The notes below the pieces were generated by a model. That model saw only the letters and a list, made by a program, of their open reading frames with translations, was not told the DNA's origin and searched no databases. The position numbers and the translations under genes are program-made. Of a stretch of DNA of 64,000 bases, positions 14,065 through 28,400 are shown in pieces; within the stretch, counting starts at the first letter, position 1; every line of letters begins with the position of its first letter. The DNA lies in NCBI GenBank assembly GCA_951406725.2, contig OX597818.1, positions 48,112,001 to 48,176,000 on the forward strand, written 5' to 3'. The stretch is from Octopus vulgaris (lineage: Eukaryota).

Positions 14065-14341
14065 GTATAAGGACACCGTGACGGTGTCGAGCCTTTCTGG
14101 TGACGTCGATGTTCGCCTGGGGCTAAATGCAACAGTAACACCCCCACCACCCTGCCCTGTCCCTAGCCATATTCAGATGGCTTTAGTCCCTTATGTTATC
14201 GAGCAGTTACTGTCTATATCTCTTTTAGAGAATTATTATTGCTTTCGAACAGATTTTCGAAATCAGCAAATGTATTTTGCTTGAAAATCTATATATGAAT
14301 ATCCTGCAGAGTGAGAGTTCGTCGAGGAAGCGGAAGCCTAC

Positions 14342-14387
14342 CACACGCCGACGATAGGCAATACACCTTGAAACCATGGTCCGTGTG
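14342..14387 (+). ncRNA. Minimal type-I hammerhead ribozyme motif, copy 1 (variant core CCGACGA)
   Basis: CACACG-CCGACGA-t-AGG(caataca)CCT-t-GAAA-C(CATG)G-TC-CGTGTG. Helix I is extended by GAAGCGGAAGCC/GGTTTCCGCTTC. Predicted cut after C14381. Confidence 0.75.
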
Positions 14388-14701
14388 TGGTTTCCGCTTC
14401 ATCGGGGAATTACCTCCCTTTGCAGGTTAAGGACACCGTGACGGTGTCGAGCCTTTCTGGTGACGTCGATGTTCGCCTGGGGCTAAATGCAACAGTAACA
14501 CCCCCACCACCCTGCCCCGTCCCTAGCCATATTCAGATGGCTTTAGTCCCTTATGTTATCGAGCAGTTACTGTCTATATCTCTTTTAGAGAATTTTTATT
14601 GCTTTCGAATAGATTTTCGAAATCAGCAAATGTATTTTGCTTGAAAATCTATATATGAATATCCTGCAGAGTGAGAGTTCGTCGAGGAAGCGGAAGCCTA
14701 C

Positions 14702-14747
14702 CACACGCCGACGATAGGCAATACACCTTGAAACCATGGTCCGTGTG
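14702..14747 (+). ncRNA. Minimal type-I hammerhead ribozyme motif, copy 2
   Basis: Identical to copy 1, exactly 360 bp downstream. Predicted cut after C14741. Confidence 0.75.
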
Positions 14748-14961
14748 TGGTTTCCGCTTCATCGGGGAATTACCTCCCTTTGCAGGTTAAGGACACCGTG
14801 ACGGTGTCGAGCCTTTCTGGTGACGTCGATGTTCGCCTGGGGCTAAATGCAACAGTAACACCCCCACCACCCTGCCCTGTCCCTAGCCATATTCAGATGG
14901 CTTTAGTCCCTTATGTTATCGAGCAGTTACTGTCTATATCTCTTTTAGAGAATTATTATTG

Positions 14962-15552
<591 letters not shown>

Positions 15553-18191
15553 TTATTTATTGTCCACAAGACGCTAAACAAGGGCCGACAAAGGGATTAA
15601 GTCGATTACATCGATCCCAGTGCGTAACTGGTACTATATATAAACGACCCCGAAAGGATGAAAGGCAAAGTCGACCTCAATGTAATTTGAACTCAGAACG
15701 TAACGGCAGACGAAATACCGCTAACGATTCTGCCAGACTGAGCAGATACAAATGTTTTATTATAAACCCAAAACAACATCACGGAGGCATCGCCATAAGC
15801 TTAAATAAGAAACTGCGATATGGCGAGGAATTACTGTAAAAGAAAATATATAATATACAGATCTCAAAAGTCATTATCACAGCTATCAATTTTAATGAAC
15901 ATGCTGGACTTGGGTACAGTACAAAAAATGAGGAAAGATCAGGTCTTTTGAAGTTCTGCAATGCAAATCATCTCAGAATCTGCTACATATTCTTCAGGAA
16001 TTTGTCTATCCACCAGACCATCTTTTAATCAGGTTAACACAGAAGCCATACAGTCCCTTATTCATACCAGGAAACACCATAGGTTAATGACTGTAAGTGC
16101 CACGCTTTTCCCAGATAAAGAATGTACTACTCAACATAGATAAGTGGTTTTATTTTATTTATGCACCCTTTTCAAGCCTAGCCAGGCTCATGGGCCCAGT
16201 TTCTATGGCATATGTATTCCCCCCAGCTGGACAGGACGCCAGTCCATCGCAGCATTACTCAAGAAAAAGGAAGAAAGAGTGAGAGAAAGTTGGGGTGAAA
16301 GAGAACAACAGGGGTTGCCACCACTCCCTGCCGGAGCCTCGTGGAGCTTTAAGTGTTTTTGCTCAATAAACACACACAACACGTGGTCTGGGAATCGAAA
16401 CCTCGATCCTCCAACTGCGAGTCGACTGCCCTAACTGTTGGGCCATTGCGCCTCCACAGATAAGTGGCTAGTGACTTCAAAATGTTAGCTACTCTTAATA
16501 AGGATCAAAACAGGATTTGGAAAAGAAAGACATGGAAGCTGATACAACCCTCTACTGGTATTTACTAAAACTTATTGTAGGGGTTTCAAGAAAGGTAATA
16601 ACTGATACTTATTTCAGGGGTTATGTAGGTATTATGAGAGAGACTAATAATGGAAGCAAAATTGGTAGTTTTTACTACACAATCTGCCGAGGGCTATAGT
16701 CCACATTTGTGGCTGCTGCAAGGTTTTGGATAAACACAAGGAAACATGGTGTTGGAACAATATTGTAGACAGAGTCATAACTACTAAGAGCCAAGCTTGG
16801 GAAAACTGGAAGAAAGCAGGTGGAAGAGAAAAAGATCAAAAGCTAGAAGAGAAACTAGATGTCATGTATATGTAGGAGAAAGGAAGATGTTGCTTATGTT
16901 CTGTGATGTGAGGACTAGAAGTGAGATTTTCCAGGTAGCTAAGCAGTGGACAAAAGAAAAGATGTCAACGGGGGAAGTGTATACAGAATGATAGCTGCAC
17001 AGTTGCTCTCACCGATGCTAGATGAAAGAGGTATGAAAGTGTTTCAATGAGAGGCTTTTGAAGGGAGAGAGAGAGTCTACCCCAAGTAAACTCAGAAGAG
17101 GGACAGCCAGCCAAATTGACAGTAATGTAGTTGATAGAGTGATTAACCCTTTATTCAGTGGGACTGAACCCGGAACCATGTGGTTGGTAAACAAGCTACT
17201 TACCACACAGCCACTTCTACGCCTATGTTTATTAAATTTTTCAGTTTTGCCATGCTGGAGCACCACTTTTAGTTGAGCAAATCAACCCCAGGACTTATTC
17301 TTTGTAAGCCTAGTACTTATTCTATTGGTCTCTTTTGCCAAACCGCTAAGTTATGGGAACATAAACACATTAGAAGACACTTGCCCAAGGTGCCATGCAG
17401 TGGGACTGAACCCAGAACCATGTGGTTGGTAAGCATGCTACTTACCACAAAGCCACTCCTACGCCTGTGAGTGCCATCTTTTTTTCTCTTTAGCACTCTT
17501 CCAAAGTCTTTCAATATTTTGGGTGTGAAAGGTGGCAAGCTGGCAGAATTGTTAGCATACTGGATGAAATGCTCAGCGGTATTTCATCTGCTGCTGCATT
17601 CTTGGGTCAAATTCCACTGAGGTCAACTTATGCTCTTCATCTTTTCAGGGTTGATGAAATAAGTACCAGTTACACACTGGGGTTAATGTAATCGTCTAGC
17701 CCCTTTCCCCAAAAAATTTTCAAGGCCTTGTGCCTAGAGTAGAAATAATTATTTAAGGCAGTGAGCTGGCAGAATCGTTAGAATGCCAGGTGAAATACTT
17801 AGAGGTATTTCGTTTGTCTTTATGTTCTGAGTTCAATTTCCGCCGAGATCGACTTTGCCTTTCATCCTTTCAGGGTCGATAAATTAAGTATCAGTTGCAT
17901 ATTAGGGTCAATCTAATCAACTGGCCCCCTCCCTGAAAATTTAAGGCCTTGTGCCTAGAGCAGAAAAGTATACTTTGGATGTGAGCTCTATTAGTAGGAT
18001 TGACAAAGTGTAGAGAATGATAAACAGTGAGAATTGTTAATTTTGGTCAGCCCAAGGCTATAGTAGAAGACACTTGCCCAAGGTGCCATGCAGTGAGACG
18101 GAACCTGGAACCATGTGGTTGGTAAGTAAGCTACTTACCACACAGCCACTCCTACGCTGAAAATGACCAATATTATATTTTTATATGCTGA

Positions 18192-19350
18192 TTATTTGTC
18201 ACTTAAGATGGTAGTACCAAGTCCTATAGTATTTTCTATTATTGGAAGAAGTGTTGTCACAGACCTGTCAGGGACAATAAACATGAAACACTCTGTTGTT
18301 TCTCTACAAATACCTCCAAAAACCCATTGTTGAGGGAGTTGTAAATATCTTGGGTCATACATATCATCATCTGAAAAAGATTTTCTAACTAGAAAGGGTA
18401 TGGCCCGGTCAGCCTGTAATGATATGCATAAGATCTGGTCATCAAATTTAAGTAGAGATTTCAAACTTAAAATCTTCAAATCCACAGTCGAACCAATTCT
18501 ACTATATGGCTCAGAAACCTGGACATTATCAAAGAAGCTTGAGAGGCGGTTGGATGGAACTTACACTCGCCTCCTTATGAGAGCTCAAAATCTCTCGTGG
18601 AAGCGTCATCCAACCAAAGTACAAATATATGGGAAACTACCACCTGTATCATCTCTTGTGAAAAGTAGAAGAGTCCAGTTTGCTGGACATTGTTGTAGAG
18701 CTGAAAACGAGGTAATTTCTGCTCTTCTCCTCTGGAAGCCATCTGCACACGATACCAGAGGGCGCACACTCTCCTACCCTGATGTAATCTCCAGGGATTC
18801 AGGCATCCAGCAACAGGACCTCCGTAATGCTATGATGGACCGTGAAGTCTGGCGTAGCATAGTAAATTCCATTGTTTCGACCACGGTCAAACAATGATGC
18901 TGATGATGAGGTAGTTGATGCAATTTTTTCTTTTAGTGAACAAACTTACACTAATTTCAAGAGTCGTGTTGGGTGCCCCAATCACTCTTGGGTTAGCCAA
19001 AATGTGTACAGTACAAACTTCTCTCAAATAATTATTCCGGTCAATAACACAATTGGCTTTCATTTCAAGCTCATGTTCACAAGATTTGATACTTGTCGTG
19101 TTGTGTGCCCAGAAATATATGAAAAGTGCTGTTTTATGAAAAGATAAACGTGAATTAGTAAACCAATTATCTGTTCTTATTCCTTCTTCTTGTCTGCATC
19201 CATGAATTCTACACCACCATCTATTTTGACTTCCAACTGAAAAATTCATAAAATGACCGTTGTTGCATTGCTTTTCTTGGTGAAGAATTTTGTTTGTTTT
19301 GTTTTTTTCTTGAAAAAGAGAAACACTTTTCGCAAATTTCGCTTAGACAT
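18192..19350 (-). mobile_element. Merlin (IS1595/ISXO2-like) transposase relic split by a LINE
   Basis: QQWVFGGICRET..F...VPDRS..TLLPII...I..GTTI.SD and NYLREVC...VIG.P..TLEI..SLF.KRK motifs. Confidence 0.8.
18342..18906 (+). mobile_element. 5'-truncated RTE-clade LINE
   Basis: KYLGSYI...LLYGSETWTL..RLDG.YTR RT C-terminal region; (TGA)n tail; TSD tgagg(g/t)agttg at 18331 and 18907. Confidence 0.85.
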
Positions 19351-19360
19351 AAAAGATTTG

Positions 19361-19821
19361 GGATCTTTTCGCTTTGACCGGCAGATTTTTAAAATAATTT
19401 CTTTGTAACTAAACACTTTTAAACTTCGTATACTGGTAGAATGTGTTTATAAAACATCTTTTTCTCTTGGCTTTATTGAGAAAATTCTATGGATTGTAAG
19501 ATATTTCCTCTTTAATTTCTTAATTTTCAGCAATTTCAACCAATCAATGACGTCTATTGAGGTGAAAATAATATCTGCCGAAGGCTGTCAACAGCAATTT
19601 TTTGCGGATATTGTTTTCACCTCAATAGACGTCATTGATTGGTTGAAATTGCTGAAAATTAAGAAATTAAAGAGGAAATAGCTTACAAACTACAGAATTT
19701 TCTCAATAAAGCCAAGAGAAAAAAATGTTTTATAAACACATTCTACCAGTATACGAAGTTTAAAAGTGTTTAGTTACAAAGAAATCATTTTAAAAATCTG
19801 CCGGTCAAAGCGTAAAGATCC
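19361..19821. mobile_element. Palindromic MITE (arms about 215 bp), probably Merlin-type
   Basis: GGATCTTTTCGCTTTGACCGGCAG...CTGCCGGTCAAAGCGTAAAGATCC; almost the whole element is self-complementary; 8-bp TSD aagatttg/aagattcg. Confidence 0.85.
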
Positions 19822-22108
19822 AAGATTCGTAATGCAGAGGAAATTAATCAGGCATAAAAATAAGATGAAACAAAATCATTGAGTAAGCCAAGGGGAGATA
19901 ACCCAAATTTTTAACGGGAGCGAGATAAACAAAAAGTACTTCTTTTTTATTGTACCTTCCAGTTTCCAAGTTGATTATGATAAATAACAATAATAATCTG
20001 GATAATGACCTCGTTTTATTTGGCTTTTTCTTCTTGGAGGGAGGATCTGCATGTTGTACAATAATCATGAGTGAATTAAGTGATGTGGTAAGTAGCTTGC
20101 TTACCAACCACATGGTTCCAGGTTCAGTCCCACTGCATAGCACGTGTCTTCTACTATAGCCCCAGGCCGACCAAAGCATTGTGAGTGGATTTGGTAGACG
20201 GAAACTGAAAGAAGCCTGTCGTGTATGTATATATGTGTGTGTGTGTTTGTCCTCCCAACATCGCTTGACAACCGATGCTGGTGTGTTCATGTCCCCGTAA
20301 CTTAGCGGTTCGGCAAAAAAGACCGACAGAATAAGTACTAGGTTTACAAAGAATAAGTCCTGGGGTCGATTTGTTCGACTAAAGGCGGTGCTCCAGCATG
20401 GCCGCAGTCAAATGACTGAAACAAGTAAAAGAGAGAGAAAAAGAGATATCTTCCCCCAATCATTCCTACCGTCTTTCCTAAAATATTTGTTCATGTGGCA
20501 CCTCTACAGAAAGAAACCTACTCTGCTCTGGATACCTTTTCTCATACTTGTACCCATATTTTGCCCTCCATCTCCCGCCATAAAGCTGCGTTCGTGGGGT
20601 TTGTAGTCTTGCAAACTGCATGGCAGCCTCACTAATGCTGGTAACGGAGAGAAATTACCCAGTACATGTAAAGTGGTCGATGTTAGGAAGAGCATTCGAC
20701 CACAAACCATGTCAAAGCAGTCGCTGGAGTACGGTGCAGCCTTTGGGCCCATAAGATCCTCTCAAACTGTCCAACCCAATCAAGCGTGGAACATGGGACG
20801 TATAATAAGGGTGGCGAAACATCATCTACACCTTTAAAATATTCCTTAGCAAAATTTTACGTAGAAGTATGCATTATTAAAGAAACTATAAGGAAACAAG
20901 GCCCTAAGGAGGTAGGAGGGACCAAACTATAGTTTGTTTCTTTACTACCCACAAGGAGCTAAACACAGAAGGGACAAACAAGGACAGACAAACGGATTTG
21001 AACTCAGAACGTAGCGGCAGACGAAATACCTATTTCTTTATTACCCACAAGGGGCTAAACACAGAGGGGACAAACAAGGACAGACATAGGTATTAAGTCG
21101 ATTATATCGACCCCAGTGCGTAACTGGTACTTAATTTATCGACCCCGAAAGGATGAAAGGCAAAGCCGACCTCGCGGAATTTGAACTCAGAACGTAACGG
21201 CAGACGAAATACGGCTACGCATTTCGCCCGGTGTGCTAACGTTTCTGCCAGCTCGCCGCCGTGGACCAAACTATAGTTATGACTGGCTTACAGGCAACTC
21301 TACTTAGCTAACCGTTGCGTGGTCGTTAGGCTAGAAATAGCAGTCAAATTTCTTCGCATCATACCTCTTTTTAAGTAGGAAAAGAACGTTAGATCATGTA
21401 GTTCTGCATACCTCAAAAATACAAGATTGTCTCGGCCGAGCCTACTTCATCAGGGGGCTGACCTGGGGCTAATAGACAACAGTGCACCAAAGCAAGTACA
21501 GTATAAAGCAAACAATTTCACCGTTAATCCAGATTAATACCTCGTCTAAGTTTCGCGTTTCATTTAAATAATTCCACTTTTAAAACATCCACTAGAGTTT
21601 GCCATCGATTCAACTGATTTTCTTTCTATATGACTTAGATTTAAAAGTTTCCATCTTTCTGGTAAATATCTAAAAGGAGAGTGCGTAAGTGATTTAATCT
21701 TTAGTATTTGTTACGCTAACATTTACGAAAATTTGTATCTTCTCTATTTATTGTAACAGATTAGTCTGGTATAGTCGAAATATTTGGATCCAAAAAGCAA
21801 AGTAACGAGAGATAATGAAAACAATACAAGTTGGAAAACGAAACTGACAAAATAAGAAAAATATTATCTCAAGTAACAAATATAAGTCAGTGAAATGTTT
21901 CCAAAATATATCATCGATGAATTTATTTTTTAAAAAAATACGAATATTGTTAGTAATAATATAAAATTCATAGGCCCAATTAAATTGTGTCTAAGTCAAT
22001 ATAGTTGGATACACATGGAAAAAATGTAAACAAACTTTTAACATGTGGCGTACAAACGCCTTTACCAAGTTATCTAGATGAATTTATGTAGTATCAATTA
22101 CACGAAAA

Positions 22109-22487
22109 TGATGCTAGGATCACTTTATATAAGGATATATGTAACTGGTATCCTTAAAACTGAATACATAACGAACAACTTCGACTAAATAAATATACAA
22201 TTCTGTTTGTAAACAAATTTTTTTTATATATATTTCGTGACTGAGAAAATTGGTTTCATTTTATTAATGTTTTCGATTGTTTTCATTACCTCCCGATGCT
22301 AGAATCACTTAATATAATGATATATGTAACTGGTATCCTTTAAACTGAATACATAACGAACACTTTCGACTAAATAAATATATAATTCTGTTTGTAAACA
22401 ATTCTTTTTTTTTATATATATTTATTTCGTGACTGACAAAATTAGTTTCGTTTTCTTCCTGTTTTCGATTGTTTTCATTACCTCCCC
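22109..22487. repeat. Diverged direct tandem duplication (about 190 bp x2)
   Basis: gatgctag..atcact...ttttcattacctccc occurs twice. Confidence 0.85.
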
Positions 22488-22860
22488 CTGATTATTTACA
22501 TTAATTTTAGCGAGAAATAAATAACTGAATGCATTATTAGTATTTTAGAAAAGGTTTTATACAAGTTAAAAGCTTTCAGGTCTCGAATAAAGTGAGTTCA
22601 AAAATAAACACTTCGATTATTTGTGTAAATAACATGTTTCTAACGTCTAAGAACAAGCGAGGGGATAACTCCAATAAGATCAGCTAATTGCGATTCGGGG
22701 GAAATAAGATGCAGCTGGAAGGGAATCACTGAGACCGGTTTTTTTTGTTTGGATGCAGCAAAACACATGTAATCTACAAATATTTCTTCAGATTCGAAAG
22801 AAAAAAAATATTAAGTAAGCAAATAAGTACTATTTAGATAATTAAGTATACACAAATTAC

Positions 22861-22929
22861 CTGCAAAGCAAGAAGGAAGAATTTAAATATCAGAGAAAAA
22901 TATATTATATCTTTCTGCCACTTGTCCAT
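22861..22929 (-). CDS. PIGV: PIGV coding exon 1 (MDKWQKDIIYFSLIFKFFLLALQ)
   Basis: Minus strand reads aaccATGG (good Kozak context), 23 open codons, then CAG|GTAATT donor. Phase 0 joins exon 2. Resembles the short first PIGV coding exon ending in ...LQ. Not in the ORF track. Confidence 0.85.
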
Positions 22930-23060
22930 GGTTTACCAACAGAAATTAGGGTCGTGGAATTTGATTGGCCAGTTTTTAATAATGGTTAAAAGCTTGTTTT
23001 TTATTGGCGTATATTAATTTTCATGGCCGACTCAATGCATATTAGAAAGGTAAGCTAACA
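22930..23060. promoter_or_regulatory. Putative bidirectional PIGV/TADA3 promoter with probable non-coding TADA3 exon 1 (donor AAG|GTAAGC at 23050)
   Basis: PIGV ATG at 22929 (-). ATTGG (CCAAT) boxes at about 22964 and 23003. Strong + strand donor at 23050. Repeat-poor, relatively CpG-richer surroundings. The TADA3 ATG exon starts with an acceptor, so an upstream exon must exist. Confidence 0.6.
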
Positions 23061-24249
23061 AATCTATTGTGTTCAAGGAAGTTTTTTTTTTATTAACTTT
23101 GTATATTTCCACCTAAGTTTAAATTACGCATGAACTACGAGGAAAGAAGTTTGCATCTTTCCTGCTGGCAGGAATCTGCTTTGGAATTTGCAAAAAAATG
23201 CATTTGTAACATCCACGTGCAGCCATCCGCGATTCTGTTTTAATGAATTTGCACTACTTGACCACCTAACTTTACATTTATCGTTTTGTTCGTTTTATTT
23301 ACTTGATCATGCACAAACTACTCAGCCTTCTTGATCGGTTACTGTTCTTTATAGACTGATAAAAGACGGGATTCATCGCCAGGGTTGTAGTCGTATAAAT
23401 AGAGTATTTGATCCTTGTATCAAAACGAACACAAGCAATCAATTTTGCATCTGAAGTGGTTTTTAACATTGTTGTCAAACAAATCTACTGAAAAATTACA
23501 TATCCGATTTATTTATTTTGAGACATACTCTCCGGATAACATTGACCACCACCGGAGTTCTATTTTGGCTCCGATTTATCCTACCCGACTTAGTCTTTTC
23601 AATTTCATGAGATGCATTGTAATATAACAACATTTCGGGAATTGCAATTTTCAAATAAGTTAAATAACTGTTTATTTTGACTACGGGTTAACCTATTTGT
23701 TCTTTTAAGTTGGATGCACCGTATTCAACGGACGCAATGTGCTACTGGTGATTTGTATCATCGATCCCCGGCGCGATTAGAAATTTTTCACTGAGAAATC
23801 GAATTTTATAGGGAGATAAACACAGGTAACTTTTAAGTCCCTACATTCCCCTTTTTCTCAGGTGTGTGGACCGGCTCCATTCGTTGAGACTATAACGGAG
23901 ACGCGATTAAAATATCGAGATTATAGTTTTTCACGTTAATAATAATCGAACCTTTAATAAAGGAGGAATGTTTTTTCAGTGCGACTTGTTTTTATTTTGG
24001 ATTTCGGTCCAAGTAGTCAGGTTAACATGATCGAAGGTCTGGCTGACACAGACTGACTGAGGGTGGAAGAGAGAGAGAGAGAGAGAAAAGCATTTCTGAA
24101 CGTTTGTTTCTGTTTACAAACGAAGAAAAGAAGCATTCGGTACATAGGTGTTTGTATGTTTTATGAGAAACTAAAGCCTCTTACGTCTTATTAGAAACCA
24201 ATGTTTCTTATTTTAGTTTCATGATGCCGATATATATATATATATATAA

Positions 24250-24368
<119 letters not shown>

Positions 24369-27300
24369 TGTGTGTGTTTGTGTGTCTGTGTTTGTCCTCC
24401 GCAACATCGCTTGACAACCGATGCTGGTGTGTTTATGTCCCCGTCACTTAGCGGTTCGGCAAAAGAGACCGATAGAATAAGTACTGGGCTTACAAAGAAT
24501 AAGTCCCGGGGTCGATTTGCTCGACTAAAGGCGGTGCTCCAGCATGGCCGCAGTCAAATGACTGAAACAAGTAAAAGAGTATATATATATACACACACAC
24601 ATACATATCTGCGTATATATATATATGAACACACATATGCATATATGTAAATATTTACATAAATACACATCGTCAACATCATCGTTTTATATCTGCTGTC
24701 CGGTGCTGGCATGGGTTGAACGGGCATACTGACCTGGACGGTCAGGTTGACCATTCTAACTCGCGTTTTATTTCGTTTGGTTAACACCAACCACTTTCGA
24801 GTCCACTGGATACTTTTCGTTTTTCGTGTCACCAGTACTCGAGAGTTGTTATGTCTTCAACGAAACCTCACACTTTAAGAGTGTACTGGGTGTGTTTTTT
24901 TGTTTTGTTTTGTTTTTTATGATACCGATACTAGAGAAATAGCCATCTGCTCCCTTCATTTCTTTTTAGCCTGTGCATTCAAAATCCAACTCTCACCATA
25001 TAGCATTGCACATAGCACTCAAGCATTATATGGTCTGTCCTTCAATTTGGGAGAGATGCGTTGTTTGCTCCATGGACTCTACCTAGTTCTTATTTTGACG
25101 ATTATACTCTCAAAATACCTCCATTCTTACACTCCTAATTAGGTCTCCTCGGTAAAATAAGCTGTCATTTATTCTAGAGAACCACCTGTACATTGGAAGA
25201 AATCTAATGTCCACTTCAAGCTTCCTTAGTGACCACCAGATCGTGGAGTGGAGAAATCTATCAAAAGCCAGGTATAGGAGCATCTTCATAGCTGGATACT
25301 TCTATTATATTGTTTCACAAGGCTTGTATTTCTTCCTGGCACAACAACCAAACTGCATGATATCTATGGTGACTCTTTCCCTAATCAATTGTGTTATAAT
25401 CCTTTCTGCAAACCTCATACCTCTAGTTTCCTCTCTCTCTCTCTAATGCATTATCTTTGCCCTTATAACAGTTGACAATGATACTTACATCAGTCATTGG
25501 CTATGACACCATCCTGTACAACTTGGTTTACTATGTGAATGACCAGCTCATATGCCAACCTGCCAGATAGTCTAAGTTATCTCAGCAGTGATTTATGATG
25601 GACCTGGGTCCTTTTTTCTTTTTCATGCCACCAGCACTTAGGAGATTGCCAGATAACTTGCAAGACAAGAAAAGAAAAGGAAAAAGTTTCCACAACTGAG
25701 TGGAGTTTATTTGAGAGAGGGGAAAGGTAGCTTTATGCCCGATGTTTAGAGACTAAAGTATGATGGCGAGATAAGCAGAGGTGTCTTGCTATAGAGGGGA
25801 TAAAGGTTACTCCACATCATATAAAGGTGGAAGCACATAGAAAGAAGATAGACAAACTACCAAGTGAACTCTCAAGGTACAAGGAGGTGAGTATGAGAGA
25901 ATATAGACAGTGGACCAGAGAGGATGGTTAATTTCATAAGAGTGTGAGTGGAGAGTAACAAATGGTTAGAGATAGAGGTTGAGGTGATTGTAGTGAATTA
26001 TGTACAAGGGTGGTGTGGCTGGTAGAAAATGTCAGTATGGAGGTGGGGTGAGAAAGATAGAAGCAGATCGAGAAAGAGGGGTGGCAAGCAGCAACCTGTA
26101 TATAGATCAGAAAGTGAAATAAGTAAACGGTAAAAGTAGTTAGATGTACTTGTATTTTTGAAGTCCTTTTCTGCTGACAGCCTCCCCACTCCCTCTCACC
26201 TTAATTTGTCTCCTGCAACTGCCCTCTTTTCTACCTACTATATAACACTCATGTAACCCTGAATAAAGATAGCATAGAGTAGTGAGGATCCTGCAACAAG
26301 GCAGCCTCTCGAGTACTGATGCTATGACAAAGTGCATTCAGTACATTTTTGTGAAGAAGTGGATGAATAAACAAAGACATTAAAGGGGGAGCGGGTGGCA
26401 CTTGACATATTTTGGCAACCTGTAGTGCTGCTGCCACAAAATATGCACACCCAGTACACACTAGACATGTTTGGAAGAAAAATTGTTCCCTATATATGTG
26501 TGGGGGTTGGATGGTGTTAAAAAGGCAAATGGGCACAAAAAGGAAGGCAACATGAGAGGGACAAGTTTTAACAAATGTTGTATTAATTTACACCCACACA
26601 CATATGTTTATTAATATTTAGCAGAAGCAACAGAGTGACTCAAGGTCTGAGAGTTTTGTCTATTGGGGCCAACACATGAAACTCTCAGACCTTCAGTCAC
26701 TCCATTGTTTATACATCCATGCCATTGGCACGTAAAAAGCACCAACCGATCGTGGCCATTGCCAGCCTACCCTGGTACCTGTGCTGGTTGCACCTAAAAA
26801 GCACCATCCGTATGTGGCCTATGCCAGCGCTGCCTTGACTGGCTTCCGCGTCGGTGGCACAGAAAAAGCACCAACCGATCGTGGCCGTTGCCTGACTCCC
26901 CTGGCACGTAGAAAGCACCCACTACACTCACGGAGTGGTTGGTATTAGGAAGGGCATCCAGCTGTAGAAACACTGCCAAATCAGACTGGAGCCTGGTGCA
27001 GCCTCCTGGCTTCCCAGACCTCAGTCGAACCGTCCAACCCATGCTAGCATGGAAAACGGACGTTAAACGATGATCATGATGATATACTCATATTTTGAGT
27101 TCTATTTTTCCTGTTTCATATATATATATACTCTCCTTGTTTCTTTCTGTGTTCCTTTCTGTGAAAGAGCGTAGGCTCAAAACGTTAAAGACTTTTTCAC
27201 TTCCCAAGCATTATACTAATACATCTGTTTGTTGTCTACACCACCTGTCTTCGTCTTTTTTTTTTTTTTTTTTTGTGAATTCTCCCTATGTATATAGTCC

Positions 27301-27499
27301 AGTTTATAGGGTTCAATAGAATCAAGGAACATCAACATATAGGGTGTCAGAAGAGGCTGACTCCATGTGGCTCAATGTTCAAACAGTGTTTTTTACATGC
27401 CAGTCAGATGGCACTGGCATCGGCTATGACTATGATTTCATTTGGCTCGACAGGTCTTCACAAGCACAGCATATTACCTAATGCTTGAAGAGTGCTTTT

Positions 27500-28400
27500 A
27501 ACGGGTCTTCTTAAGTGCAGCATATCACCAAAGATCTTGGTTACTTATTGCCTCCATGAGACCCAACATTTGAAGATCGTGCTCCACCACCTTGTCTCAT
27601 GTCTTCCTGGATCTACCTTTTCCACAGGTTCCCTCCACCATTAGAGTGCTTCTTCACACAGCTGTCCTCATTCATATGCATCATATGACTATATCAGTGC
27701 AGCTGCCTCTCTTGCACACCACATCTGTTGCCTCTTATGCCCAACTTTTCTTTCAGGATGCTTACGCTCTGTCGTGCATGCACACTGACATTACACATCC
27801 AGGAAAGCATACAAGCTTCATATCTTACAAACCTATGCATGTCCTTGGCAGTCACAACCCATGTTTCACTGCTGTGTACCATGGCTGTTCACACACAGGC
27901 ATCATATGGTCTACCTTTCACTATGAGTGAGAGGCCCTTTGTTACCAGCAGAGGTAAGAACTCTCAGAACTTTGCCCAGCCTATTCTCATTCTAGCAGCT
28001 ATACTCTTAGAGCATCCACCTCTGCTGCTGACTTGGTCACCTAGGTAATGGAAGTTATCAACTACTTGTAGTTTTCCTCGCTGGCATGCGATGGAATCTA
28101 TTTTCTGCACCTTTCACACACAAAAACTATTTTCCCTGTTAACTTTCCTCTGATATTGTTGCACATCTTATATGTATCCATAGCTTACACCAGGTGCATC
28201 TTATGGAGTTTCTATCTACGTCTTTTCTACAGATCGATCAGGATCATCTACCTGAGGGGATTTGTGATTTGTCTGCTTTCTTCCTTACTAAGACTCTGGT
28301 TTTTGTTAGGTTACCTCTAAGGCCATTCAATTCTAGGCACAGACATGGCTGTGTGGTAGAAAGTTTGCTTCCACACCTGAAATTTCTTCTCTAGCTCTGA
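27500..28400 (-). mobile_element. Degenerate RTE-clade LINE 3' part
   Basis: MVHSSETW...LSWMCNVS...KLGIRG RT C-terminus; same family as 53340-54482. Confidence 0.75.

Noticed and set aside
27150-27195. Hammerhead-like remnant (tgaaaGAGCgtagGCTCaaaacgtt)
   Set aside because: Has a helix-II-like stem but lacks intact CUGANGA and GAAA; at best a decayed copy of another repeat.
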